NCBI RefSeq assembly: GCF_001194135.2 | Contig: NC_068985.1 | Location: 49,157,372 to 49,221,371 of the forward strand | Source of the DNA: Octopus bimaculoides | Taxonomy: Eukaryota | Direction of reading: 5' to 3' | Length of the DNA stretch: 64,000 nucleotides | In this document: in pieces, positions 1 through 13,324 of the stretch | Numbering within the stretch: position 1 is the first letter of the stretch | Layout of the letters: each line of letters begins with the position of its first letter | The notes under the pieces: model-generated | The model's database searches: none | Told to the model about the DNA's origin: nothing | The model's input: the letters and a program-made list of their open reading frames with translations, nothing else | Program-made: the position numbers and the translations under genes

Positions 1-939
1 GCCTCTTCTTCTTTTGAAAGCATTTCATCTGGGACCATCCAGTCTTTGTTAGAGCATTTTGAATGTAACCATCCCATCTTCCTTTTAAACCAAATGTCTG
101 TCATGTTACCCTTCTGTTTGTTTTATAAATATACAAGAGTACCCAATCCATCAATAATGATAAGAGTTATTGTTGAAGAATTACCCAATGAAAATTAATA
201 ATTACAAGATGGGGAAATAAATAAAAATGCTAAAATAACAGGAAAATAAGAAAATTGTATTTATCACTCCCAAAATACTATACAGGTATTCACTGTATTT
301 GTCTTTGCTATTAATTAACATATCTTATGGAGGCATGACGAGGCACAAACACACCTTGGCCTTCTGAATTTCCGATCTGTAATATCAGTGTTCCTAACCC
401 TAACCCAGATCAGGTCATTTCACAGTGTAGACTACAGATACTGCAGAAGACCGCATGCTAAAATAGCATTGAAATTTCTTATGACTGTTGTGATGCCAGG
501 CAAATCATTTGAATTTATGAACATTAAAACATCTGCGAGACAATGAAGGTAGCAGAATTATCTTCCGAGTACAAAAAGAAACAACTCCAGCAAGTAAGTG
601 GAGATTTAGAAAGAGAGATTTTTATTGGTCTACATGGAAAAAAAAATATCAATTCAAACTTAAGTGCCATTGTTCTATAGTATGGCAGCAGCTTACATCA
701 ACAAAAGAACTGTTTGGGCTACAATAATGATGAAGAAATCTCTTATAAATGTTGTGATACACTGCTAATTGTCAAGATTTATAAATATTAAAATATTAGT
801 TAAGCAGAATGAACTTTAGTCTATGAAAGACAAACAGAACAACTAAGTAGAGATGCTTTGCAGTAAGAAAAGTAGAAATACTGTTGGTTGAGAAGTGAAT
901 TTCTTTAACTTCACAGCTGTGCCTTCACATACATATGTA

Positions 940-1857
940 TTGGGTCATACCATAAATAATGCAGTTTTTTCAATTACATGAACTAAAAGTTGGAGGGGAA
1001 TGATATAAACTACCCACATCAACTTGCTCTATAAGCAAGTAGTACTTTTTACCTTGTACTTATTCTTAGTGCAAATTTTGAAGAGTGCAGTTTGATTTTA
1101 ACAGTTATTTTTTCAAAGCTACAATGGAAGTGACAAAGGAGCATTTTCAGCATATTATGCTTTATGAGTTCAATAAAGGCAACAATGCAGCGGAAAGTGT
1201 AAGGAATATTAATGCAGTATATGGGGATTGGACAATAAGCGTAAGCCAGTGTCAATGGTGGCTCTAGAAATTCTGAGCTGGAAACTACAGCCTAGAAGAT
1301 GAACCTCATCCTGGAAGATCTGTAGAGCTCAATGAGAACATCCTGCAAACTCTGGTAGAACAAAATCCTATCGTAACTGTTGAGGAACTAGTAGAGAAGC
1401 TTAGATTTGGTCATTTGGCCAGTCATTCAAGTCAGCACTAGAAGAAAAAGAACCATCTTTGGCTTCAAGACAAAAGGTGTTCTTCCATCAGTATAATGCT
1501 CAGCCACATACAACAAGGATGACATTCCAAAGGCTGGAGCAGTTTGAATGGGAAACGATGCCCCACCCACCATAATTGCCAGACATTATCCCCATCTGAT
1601 CATTTATTCCGCAGTCTTCAAAATCATTTGGATGGAAAAATATGAATTCTGTAGACGAGGTCAGAACAGTATTAAAAGAGTATTTTTTGTCAAGGACAAG
1701 TGAATTTTGGAAGAGGAGCCTTGCAAGTCTACCAGATAGATGGAAAGGCATTGTAGAAAATGGAGAGTATATTTTAGATTAAAAAAGAACTTTATCTTAA
1801 TTCTGAAAAATGATAGAAGTATAAAAAAAAAAAAACATTATATATGGAATGGCCCAA
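940..1857 (+). mobile_element. Mariner (Mos1-like) element, internally deleted, non-autonomous
   Basis: Imperfect TIRs (ttgggtcataccataaataatg / RC ttgggccattccatatataatg) and TA target duplications at 938-39 and 1858-59. Remnant transposase: MEVTKEHFQHIMLYEF..G.NAAE (HTH), FFHQYNAQPH (second Asp to Tyr), PSD.HLF, and the terminal DRWKGIVENGEYILD*. The central catalytic part is deleted near 1410-1425. Confidence 0.9.
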
Positions 1858-1877
1858 TATATATATACTCTTACATA

Positions 1878-2541
1878 TATCCTCCTCCATGTTTAACAGT
1901 TGGAAGAAGGCAGTCTAGATCAAATGCTTCTTTTGGCTGTCCCTACATGTATACTTGGCACGTGATCGGAAATATGGTAAAGATGACTCGTCTGAGAAAA
2001 CAACATTCTTCCACTGCTCTAGGGACCAATTCTGTAGGTTTTTACTCCAGTCTAGACGCTTTGCAATGTTTGTTTTTGAAAGCAGTGGTTTTCTGATTGC
2101 AGCCCTCCTGTGAAAGCCGGCTTTGTGCAGCTCCCTGTGAACAGTTTTTGTGGAAACTGAGTTCTCAAAGTGGTCATTAAGCTCTGCAGTAATTTTTGGA
2201 GCTGTACTTTTGGGATCCTTTCTAACAATTCGCATAAAAGTCCGACAGTCCCTATCTGAAAGTTTTGGTTCCTAACATTTCGGCTGTTTTCATTATGCTA
2301 GCACCTGCCATGTGAGCACCAACAATTTGACCTCTTTGAAAGTCCAATAGATTTGTCATTTTAAGGAATTTTAATTACCTTTTTTCTGATGATATCTGAA
2401 AAGAAACAGCAATTTTAGCAAAACATATTAAGCAACACAAGTAATTAATCAAAAATCATAAAAATAAACAAGCTTTTGATGGTTTTATAGACATTTCAAA
2501 ATTATGATGCTAGGTGTTTCCATTATTTTGTCCAACCCCTA
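1878..2541 (-). mobile_element. Tc1-like transposon, 5' half only
   Basis: 5' TIR (t)aggggttggacaaaataatggaaacac next to TA at 2542-43. Protein remnant ...TVHRELHKAGFHRRAAIRKPLLS...QWKNVVFSDES... then, after a frameshift, PTVKHGGG, where it is truncated. Confidence 0.88.
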
Positions 2542-4359
2542 TATATCATCATCTTTTAATGTCTGTTTTCCATGCTGGCATTGGTTGGGCATACACACAC
2601 ACATCTATGTGCAAACATAGCTGTGTGGTTAAGAAGTTTGCTTCCCAATCATATGATCTTGAGTTCAGCCTCACTGCACAGCACCTTGGGCAAGTGAGAT
2701 AGCTGACCAAAGCCTTGTGAGTAGATTTGGTAAATGGGAATGAAAGAAGCTATGTGTGTGTGTGTGTGCATTTATGTCATATCCTTGATTTGTACCCTTG
2801 TTGACCTGATGGTTGTAAATAAACATCATCACCATACAAGTGAGGTTGCTTGTTTCAAATATTCTGTGAAAGTCATGTCTTGCAATTGGAAAATATTATC
2901 TTGCTTGGAAACAGTTGAGAGCTGGTAACAGGAAGGACATCCAACTATAGAAAATCTGCCTGAATGAATTCTCTCTACTCCATGCATGCGTAGGAAAGTT
3001 GACATTAAATTATTAAAATGTATATGTTTGTTCATTTAACATACATTTTCCCATGCTGGTATGGGTTGAATGCTAACTTATTTGAGGTTGCATTTTACAG
3101 TGAAATGTTGTTCCTGTTGTCATCCCTAAAGTTGCGGAATGTAATTTCAACATTCATGCACATATGTTCAACCATACTTATATCATCATCATTTAATATC
3201 TATCTTCCATGCTGGCATGGCTTGAGCTGCTTGACAGGATCCACGAAGTTGGAGTACTGCTTCACACTTTGATGTCTATTTTGGCATGGTTCCACAGCAG
3301 GATATCCTTCCTAATACCAACTACTTTATAGAATCTATACCCATCCATTATATTACATATGTATACGTGGCTGTGTGGTAAGAAGCTTGCTTCCCAACCA
3401 CATGCTTCCAGGTTCAGTTCTACTGTGTGGTACCTTAGGCAAAAGTCTTCTATTATAGCCTTGGGCTGACCAAAGCCATGTGAGTGGATTTGGTAGATGG
3501 AAACTAAAAGAAGCCTGTCGTATATATGTGTGTCTTTGTGTCTGTCCCCCATCATTGCTTGACAACCAGTGTTGGTGTGTTTACATCCCTGTAACTTAGC
3601 AGTTCAGCAAGGAAACCAATAAAATATGAGTTAGGACTTAAAAGTAAGTCCTGAGGTTGTATTGTTCGACAGAAACACTTCAGAGCAGTGCTCCAGCATA
3701 GCCACAGTCAATTGACTTTAACAAATAAAAGAAAAAAAAATATACTGATTAGACTTGTTGACATACACAAATAAAAATACACACATAAATATACACAACT
3801 ATCAAGTGTGTATAAGTTATTTTTGGTTTCCTGTTTTAGTTACTGACTTCGCTTTTTTTTTTTTTTTACTTGCTCTTCCATAAAATGTTTTGTGTTGACT
3901 TCTCATTCTTATCTGTGAATAGTAATTTATCAATATCCTATATATTCATACATAGGTAGACAAAACTATGCAGTATTATATCTAGTCACACACCATATAA
4001 GCAGACACATACTATTGTATTCCTATTCAGACCTATACACACGAATACATATAATCTATACAAGTTTATAAAGCTGTAAATAACATTGTCTACTTTATTA
4101 TGAGAAGGTAATTCACACATATATATTTCTGTTTTCTTTATTTTCTTCCTCTTCAGTTCTTATACAAACACATGACTAAACTCTGTGTTCAACACCAATT
4201 CAGGAGGTGGGGTGGAGGAATCTTCTTAAAGTTTTTTATATATATTTCACCCCTTCCTATCCAGATTTTTGTTATTATTTAAGTGAGCTCTATGATCAGT
4301 GGCATTCCAGTTGTAACTAGACTTAATAAATTTCCCAGTTCTACACCATCACCAGGCTT

Positions 4360-5004
4360 TTAAGTTCTGTTAGTGGAGTCCACTTTGATGCCGGTAGTCA
4401 GACCCAGTTCCTTGTCAAAGGATAACTTTCCACCTGTTTTGGAGGCCCTGCAAAAGGGACAGGAGGACTTCCCCTCCACTAGAGTTAAACATTTAAAAAA
4501 AATTTGCTGAGTTGCTAAGAAATTTATTTTGCAATCACAAGATCCCTGATTCAGTCTCACTGTGTGACGTCTTAGACAAATGCCTTATCTTAGCTTTGGG
4601 TTGAACCAAGCCCTTTGAATGAATTTGCATAGATAAAAACTGTGTTGAAGCACACTGGATGAATTGTACCTGTAAAATAAAAGTCCAGCCTTGTCATACA
4701 CTACATCATATTGATTTTGCTTCAAAGCCACCATATTTGCTTGTGTATAAGTTACTCTATTTTGTACTTGATTTTTAACGGACAAAACTGAGGTGTGACT
4801 TATACACAGAGCAAAGCTAAAGCTATGAAAGAAAAATATTGTACCAAGATTTAACATTAAATTAGGTATGTGGCTTATACATGATTAAATACTGTATGTT
4901 GGGTACATGTATTTGAAATACTCAGACACACATTCATTCAATGAGTAGGTAATTCATTTGATCGACCATTGAGGCATTGTTCTTCATAGAAGAGCTCACC
5001 ACAT
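4360..5004 (-). CDS. Candidate small three-exon ORF (5004-5000, 4822-4670, 4447-4360), 81 aa, unknown product
   Basis: Donors TG|gtgagc and AG|gtacaa, acceptors tttctttcatag| and ccttttgcag|, all phase 2. The spliced frame is open: MCFSFALCISHTSVLSVKNQVQNRVTYTQANMVALKQNQYDVVYDKAGLLFYRASKTGGKLSFDKELGLTTGIKVDSTNRT*. AATAAA lies at 4142-4137. No homology recognised. Confidence 0.35.
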
Positions 5005-8000
5005 GAGTCTTTAATCTGAGTTTGGTGTTGATAAATGTTGAAGAAAAGAAGCGGCATGACAAAATGTAACTAAACACATTTGTAAATATATCAATAGATC
5101 GTCATTCTGCTTTCGTTCAATCATTTGAATAATCAGCAGTATGAAAGTCAGAGTAACAATTCAAGAAGCTTCAGGTTCAAACGTAAAATACACACTATAT
5201 GTATTGAGCACTTTTCCCTTCATTTCTAAGCACGTTGAATGTTGTGTGTGTGTATATGTATTTGAGTAAGAGATGTAAATCTTGGAAAGAAAAGCCAAAA
5301 GAAAAAAAGCAAGAAAATAATAATAATAATAATAATAAATCAGTACTTTTTGAGTGATATGTTATGAAACGACAAAGATCTGTTTGGATTTTTGATAACA
5401 AAATTTTTATTCTTCCCTTAAACAAAAAGCAAACGTCATTACAACGAATGACATGTTGAGTAAGTTTGAATGTTATTATTCTTGGTGTAATTGTAATAGT
5501 AATCAGAAAGTTAGCTGCTGGTTGTTGTGTTGCTGTCGCAGATCATTATTGTTTAGCTGCTGTGTGACATCTCTTTTGGCTGTCTCCTTTGGTGTCTTCT
5601 TAATGCTCTCTGTCAAGTAGTTAAGAAGTACTGAATATAAACTGATGGATAGGCTGAGAGAGAAAGGCATTAAAAAATTTGAGTTATTATTGTAGCCAGT
5701 TCTAGATGTAGTCATGATTGGCCAGATTTTGTTGATCATGTGGGTAATAGTCTAGTGAGTTGCAACATAAATATAGTGATCGGACTGCTGAATATTCCTA
5801 CTACAGATATATATATATATATAAAAAGTTAAATATCAGCCATCACCTCTTTGTTCATTTGTTTGTTTACATGCATTTTTTCTTTGCTAACATGTATATT
5901 ATTGAGGTATTGTTTTACATCCAGATACTTTTTCTGTCATTAACCCTTAACTTTTTTCAAATAAGGGATTTCTTATTCCCAACATCTTTCAATATGTAAA
6001 GCTAGTGGATGATGTGTTGACAAGGAAGTGAAAGTAATGTCACTGCTTCTAGGCTACCAATTTTTGGAGAAGCGTGTCTATATATAGACATTCATACACA
6101 CATATATTTATATATACATACATTGACACACGCATGTATATACTAACACAAACACAGCAAGTTTCTCCGTTTCCATCTACCAAATTTATTTACTTTGTTT
6201 GGTCAACCCCAGGCTAGAATAGAAGATACACGCCTAAACTGCCACACATGGGACTAGGTCCAAAACTACATATAGAAAAGTGAATTTCTTAACCACACAA
6301 CTCTGTCTGTGCTTGTAATTGCAGCTGACTTTTGTTAATTTGTCAGCACAATACAGAATTTGCTGAACTGTTAGCTGTCTATTTACTAAACAGTAGTAAT
6401 ATCTGTTGTAAATTGAACACTTTCACTTGTTCCTAATTGATACTTTACTCCTTGTCACTGTTAAGGTTGAAATGTCACCACCTCCACCTCATGTTAAATG
6501 TGGACAGGTAGCAATTAGTTAAGTAATACTTATATTTGATTATAGGAATTGTCTTTTAATGGCATTTAGTTGTGTGATTATGAAATTTGCTTAAAAATGG
6601 TTTTGGGCTCAGTTCCACTGAGTGATAATACCTAGGGTAAGTATCTTCTATCATAACTTGAGAATAACTAAAGGTTTGTGAGTGTAAATTGATTGATGGA
6701 AACTACATTTCAGATGGACTGTTCCTGTTCTTCGCTTGCAGGCAATCTGTCACCCAGCTTAACACTGTTACCTGGTCCATTGGGCGTCATTAATGCCATC
6801 CACGTTATTGCAAGCATTCAATTCAGCTCTGTGGTCTGAGGATAACTTCCACCTTTCCATCTGCCTTAGAGACACTGAAAAGGGTCATTGGCTTCTGCCC
6901 TTTTCTAACAAAGCAGTAAAAAAATATATTGATAAAAATACCTGGTTATTCTTGACAGAAGGCTCCTATAATCAAAGGTATTTGCAGTTATGACCTGACC
7001 ATCCCATTTTCTTTTTTCTTTTCTTTTATATACAGTATATCTAGGGCACGACATTACCAAACTGTTCTCTTTTTTATAAACATTAGGAAGTGATTTGAGA
7101 GAAACTTGGCTGCTGTTTCTAGTAGGGCAAGCAACCACATAGTGAACTTTTTCTGTTACTTGTTTCAGTCATTAGACTGTATCCATACTGGGGCACTGTG
7201 TTGAAGAATTTTTAGTCAAATTGACCAATCTCAGTATTTATTTTTATTTTAAGCCTGGAACTTATTCTATTGGTTTCTTTTGCTGAACTGCTTAGTTACA
7301 AGGTTGTCAAACAGTGGTGGAGTCAAACATACACATAAAGACATACACACATGCATGCATATATATTTATGATGGACTTCTTTCAGTTTCTGTCTACCAA
7401 ATCCACTCGCAAGGCTTTGGTCTGCCCAAGGCTATAGTAGAGGACACTTGGCCAAGGTACCACGCAGAAGGACTGAACCCAGAACCATGTGGTAGAGAAG
7501 CAAACTTCTACCACACAACGACACCTGTTCCTATATCTCATTTTTAAAAAAAATTTTCTGGTAGAAAATTGTGAATTGACTGAAATAAATCTGAAGTACT
7601 TTAGATCAAACATATTTCAGTATTTAATGTTGATCTCTTTACATTTTGAATTAACATTGTGGTGGATGTTAAAGACGCAGGCACTTAATTCTAGCTGACC
7701 TCTGTCTATCTAACTGTAGCTACAACTTGTCTCTGTACGTAAAAGGAAGTAGTTTAGTGCAGTTAATGCGTGTTTCACTGATTACAGTACTTTGTTCAAG
7801 TTTCCACCTCAACCTAGAAACCTAGAGATTGTAGTTCAAGACTATGAGCGTATTAGGAGGCCTCATGAATCACACCACTCAGAACTCTATTTTCCTTTCT
7901 TTGATAAAGGGCTCAAGCTCAAAACATTACACAACTTATTTTCCTCACTCTAACTACATTTTATTTAAATTATGACACTTTATCATTATTTGTTGCTGAC

Positions 8001-11000
8001 ATATTCTTGCTGTTTCTGTTGGATTTTGAATTTTTACCTTAAATTCCATCTTGGAAAGTAGGGGTAAAACCATCTTATAACAATTCTACTTGTTCCTCTG
8101 TTACTTAGCACAACCATAACGCTTCCATGTGATTAGTTGAAAGGGTAGCGGGCAGGTGGATTGAAAGGTGAGGGGGGATGGGGGAGGGGTGAATGAAATG
8201 TGTAATTTTTTTTTCTCCATTACTTAGCCCATCTGTAATGCTTTCACGTGATTAGTTGAAAGGAAAGGCAAAGAGCAAAAGAAAAAAAGAGAGAGAAAAG
8301 TGGATAAGGCAAAGAGTGAGGGAGAAAGAGAGGGAGTGCTGTGTATTAAGTCTATAAAATTGTGCATAAAGTATATAAAGTGCATTAAGTATTCATGGTA
8401 TTCCAATTAACTTCACTTTTCAATGACTAGCAGATGAACAACTATCTTTTGACACAGACACAACACAGGCTACGCCTTCAGGTTTTTTGGATAAAATTTT
8501 TAGAAATAACCCAATAAGTTTACTGTTAATTCCATGAAATATTTACAGGTCCTGCTAGTTAGGGCATTAATGCCTCATGGTATTTGTTCCCTCCTGAATA
8601 AAATGTCTAAAAAAATCTAGTCACATATTTGGATCTATTTCATAGATAATTGTGTCTGTACCCCAACTCTTTTGAGCATTCTCATTCCTGTCCTGAACAG
8701 TTTTATTTTAACTTGCCCCATTTCTCACATGAAATACATATGTATGGTATTTTTTTATTTGTTTCAGTCATTTTGACTGTGGCCATGCTGGAGCACCACC
8801 TTGAATAGTTTTAGTTGAATAAATCAATTCCAGGACTTTTTTTAAGCCTAATACTTATTCTATCAGTCTTTTTTGCTGAAATGCTAAGTTACGGAGACAT
8901 AAACATACCAACACCAGTTGTGAAGCAGTAATAGGGAGACAAACACCCCCACCACACACACGCACACATACACACACATATATATATGTGACAGTCTTTT
9001 AGTTTCCATCTACCAAGTCCACTGACAAGGCTTTGGTCAGCCCAAGGCTATAGTAGAAGACATTTGCCCAAAGTGCCATGCAGTGAGACTGAACCTGGAA
9101 CCATGCAGTTGGGAAGCACCACATGGGTGCTTCCTTCCAATACAAAGTCAGCAAAATAATTTGACACATCTGCACTCAATTATAAATCCTTTGTCAGTTT
9201 TTGTCAAATATTCCAGGTGTTTGATGAACTGAACTACCTGTGCATTGAATTGGAGCATAAGTGACTAAGTATTTCACAAACATGTGTTTCCTTAATATAA
9301 TTATTTTTACTCTAAGCACAAGGCCTTGAAAATTTTTTGGGGAAGTGGGCTAGTTGATTACATCGACCCCCAGTGTGTAACTGGTACTTATTTTATTGAC
9401 CCCGAAAGGATGAAAGGCTAAGTCAACCTCAGCAGAATTTGAACTCTGAACGTAGCGGCAGACAAAATACCACTAAGCATTTCGCCCAGTGTGCTAATGA
9501 TTCTGGCAGCTTGCCATCTTGCTGTATCCTTAATATAATACTTAGGCAGAACCAGCCCGATATTGTGTGTGTGTGACAAAGCTTGTTCTTACAAATGTAC
9601 TTACAGTCCATGAAGAAGGCTTCCATACAGTTTCTCTTAACTGAATTCCACTAACAGGTCTTAGGTTAACCTGACACTGCCATTCAATGCAATCAAACAC
9701 ATGGCCTGAACCATTTACATTGAAAGAATTATGTAATTTTGCATACACTTACACGTACATATTTAACACANNNNNNNNNNACATATTTAACACACATTTT
9801 TAATACGCTATTTTTGTTCCCCCCCCCCCACCGCTCTTCTTTCTCTCTTTTTCTGATTCTCTCTCTCCTTCCCTCTATTTGTTTCTCTCTCGCTCTCTCT
9901 CTCTCCCAACCTTTGACTTTCTACCTAACATCATTATTTGCATGACCTTTTTATCTGAATGATATCCAACAGCTTCTCCACTTGACTTCATGTCTCTTTA
10001 TATCACTTGAGATATTCCAAGATTGTGGTGGGACAGGATAGACAGAACAGTGGAGGAAGTCTATACCCTGACTGAAAGTTACTTATATCACTACTACCAG
10101 TTTGAAAAAAAACTATGCAGAGTGGTACTGATACCTTTAAAAATGATTGTGCTACTCTCTTATCCAGCTTCCTCCTCCTTTTACTTTCTAGCCTACTTTT
10201 GCAGCAAGAAAACTGTTGTTTTCATATTTTCCTTGTCTTTTTAATACTTGCAGAGTTCAAATCCTACTGAAGTTAGCTTTCTATTCTTTCAGGGTTAATA
10301 AAATTAACGTACCAGTTAAGTACTGTGGTCAATATAATAGACTATACTTTTTTACCTCAAATCTAAGATTTATGTCGTCTAAAAAAAAAAAAAATCATTA
10401 TTTGTCAGGGTTTTGTTGCTGTTCAGCTCCAAATCATCAATGACTCTCAGCTAGTTGATCATTTTTTAATGAAAGTTGTCTGTTTTTTTTCCTACATGGT
10501 GATCTTTCACCGAGGCCTATGAGAAGCGGTTGTTGAGGGGTATATTGTATCCAGGGCTTTCAGTCTTTCTGTGATCTTGAAAAAATATTTGCATATATTG
10601 AAAAATAACACTCACAGAAAGGACAAGCACTTTCTTTCTTCTCCAAAATAAACTTTAAATCCTCTGATAAAATTCATTTCAGAGTCCTCAACTTTAAACT
10701 TTTAGAAACCAACCAAGAATCCCCTCACTCTAGTTACTAATCTTGTCAGCTAGTTCTACAGTTACCAATTTTATTCCCTTTATTCTTAGAATATGTGTAA
10801 NNNNNNNNNNGCTTCAGAATACTGAACATTTTAAACAACTTTGTGAAATACTGAATTAAAATTTTTTTTGATCTTCCAGAAATAATTACTCCTGAAATCA
10901 AATTTTTCAATTTCCTTTCTCAACTTCATTTTTAATCCAAAATATTTACCAAAAAACAGTTTTAGATACATAAAGAGTTTGAGTTCATATTGATTTCAGA

Positions 11001-12702
11001 TATTTTCAATATTGATTTCAAATTTTGGCACAAGACCAGCAATTTTGTGAGAGCGGATAAGTCAATGACATTGACCCCAGTGTTTAACTGGTACTTAATT
11101 TATCACCCTGCAAGGGATGAAAGCAAAGTTGACCTCTGGAATTTGAACTCAGAGCATAAAGTTCATTCTAATATTAAAGTAGTAAACATCAACTTAATGA
11201 AATCATTGAATGAAATTCCATGAACTCCACTCTGGTGAAGTTATAATCCCAACTTTACACTGCAATATACATCTATCAAAACAAACCTTTGATCTTTAAA
11301 AATCACATAAAAAGATATAAATACTTAAGGCATCCTTCAAAGCTTTCTATATAGCTGCATCAGAGGACAATGCTTGTTGTTCTGCAGCAACTAAATAAGA
11401 TTGGGGTACCTCTGTGCATCCATCTTTCCAGTAATTGCTCAATTTGTACAACTGAAACCAAGACAATACTTTTAAATTCCCACACATGCACGTGCACACA
11501 CATGCAGAACCAAGTGAAACTAGCCATTTTTCTCAAAAATTGAAAGTAATTCAAAGCTTGAAATCACATCACCCTTATATCTTGAGGTTTATTATAAAAC
11601 AAGTTTTCTATAGTTTTCATACTCAGGGGCCACAGTATAGTATGTAGTTGGTTAAAATAGCTAATTGGCTGAGTTATTTGAGCATCAGGTAGATTGCATT
11701 AAAATGTTTGTTCCAGCTCCCTGTGCTCTATGTTCAAACCATGCTGAGCTTAGGATTAGGGTTAGGGGTCAAAAAAATACTGATCCTATACTGGGTCAAT
11801 TCCTCTCTCTCAATCTGTTGTGGCCAAACCTTTAGAGGGATGGGCTCCACTAGATCTAAACATTCGCAAGCCATGCCATGTGTCACTCCTGCAACTTCTT
11901 AAGTTGAGGACCCAAGGCATGGTGTGTTGCTGTTACCAACATTCTAGATGTGAAAAAAAACCAATTGAATAGCTAGAAAAACTTTACAAACAAACAAACT
12001 GTGTCAATATCCTATAAGATTTTAAAAGTCATATAAACAGAAGGTCCTAAGTGAGATGAGATATAAAAGTGTATTACTAATTTCGTGGAGTCCATCATTC
12101 TATTAATGACATAATCTCTCATCATTGTAAAGCTGTTTGTAACCATCTCCATATTGGATGTTGCTGGATGTTAGCTATCAAACAGTGAACTGCCATCAGA
12201 TATTCTTTTACAGGTTTCAGTCATTGGACTCTGGTCATGTGGAGGCACTGCCTTCATAGTTTTTGCTTCAAAACCGCTTGGTTTTGAGTTCCATCTCACT
12301 GTGTGGCACCTTCAACAAATGTCTTGTATTACAGCCTTAGACTGACAAATGCCTCGTAAATGAAATTGGTAGGTTAAAACTATGGAAGCCCACTGTGTAT
12401 GTGTGTGTGTGTGTGTTGATACTCTGCATGTCCTCACATGACACAACTTGAACAGAATAATGATGTCATACTTTTCTTTCTGTTTAAATAATGTCTTGTA
12501 GCTCTGTGTGCTTGAGAAGACCAGTGAAATAAAGAAAAATCCCTTACTTTAACAAGCAGGTGAAGTTTGGTGGCAAGAATAAAATGCAGGTATAAAACAC
12601 TGTTCAAATGTCTCCATCCAACCTATTGAAAAGCATAGATAAAAATGAATGAGTGAGTAAAAATATTAACATGAGTTAAGAAACTGGCCCCTCAAACTTT
12701 AA

Positions 12703-13324
12703 CCCTTTAACATTCAAATGACTCAGTCAAGTGTGAAGCTTATTTAATCACATGGTTTTGAATTAATCATGCTTTGTCTCATAACTTAAAGATTTTGATA
12801 ATGTGATTGTTTATTCTTAGAGGGATATTGTTAGGTAAGTGGAGGCGCAATGGCCCAGTGGTTAGGGCAGCGGACTCGCGGTCACAGGATCGCAGTTTCG
12901 ATTCCCAGACCGGGCGTTGTGAGTGTTTATTGAGCGAAAACACCTAAAGCTCCACGAGGCTCCGGCAGGGGATGGTGGCGAACCCTGCTGTACTCTTTCA
13001 CCACAACTTTCTCTCACTCTTTCTTCCTGTTTCTGTTGTGCCTGTAATTCAAAGGGTCAGCCTTGTCACACTGTGTCACGCTGAATATCCCCGAGAACTA
13101 CGTTAAAGGTACATGTGTCTGTGGAGTGCTCAGCCATTTGCACGTTAATTTCACGAGCAGGCTGTTCCGTTGATTGGATCAACTGGAACCCTCGACGTCG
13201 TAAGCAACGGAGTGCCAACAACAACAACATTGTTGGGTAAGTGTGAGAGGCTGGATCTGGTCAGTTTGAACGTAAAGCAGGTAGAATATTTGGAGCAGGT
13301 ATGGCCAGTTTAAGCGCTAATGGG
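12703..13324. mobile_element. piggyBac-type MITE (about 220 bp) interrupted by a SINE
   Basis: TTAA at 12699-12702 and 13325-28; termini CCC.../...GGG with imperfect TIRs (ccctttaacattcaaa vs RC cccattagcgcttaaa); no ORF. Confidence 0.6.
12841..13228 (+). mobile_element. Young tRNA(Arg)-derived SINE
   Basis: tRNA-like head ggaggcgcaatggcccagtggttagggcagcggactcgcggtc with A/B-box-like motifs; (CAA)n tail; 14-bp TSD attgtt(a/g)ggtaagt at 12827-40 and 13229-42; CpGs intact. Confidence 0.85.

Noticed and set aside
1-113. - strand open frame MTDIWFKRKMGWLHSKCSNKDWMVPDEMLSKEEE running off the left edge
   Set aside because: Only about 35 codons are visible, the acceptor context is poor (aaaacaaacag), no homology is recognised, and it is not phase-compatible with the 4670 donor. 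It cannot be supported without the adjacent window.
393-406. cctaaccctaaccc (also ttagggttaggg at about 11757)
   Set aside because: Only two telomere-like units; too short to call an interstitial telomeric array
4420-4690. LLFYRASKTGG in the candidate - strand peptide resembles a sulfotransferase PAPS-binding loop
   Set aside because: The similarity is only a few residues and the frame stops about 20 codons later, far too short for that fold
12841-12915. tRNA-Arg-like sequence (also the heads at about 45850-45924 and 34640-34710)
   Set aside because: These are SINE heads: no complete cloverleaf or acceptor stem, and they continue into SINE body and tail with a TSD
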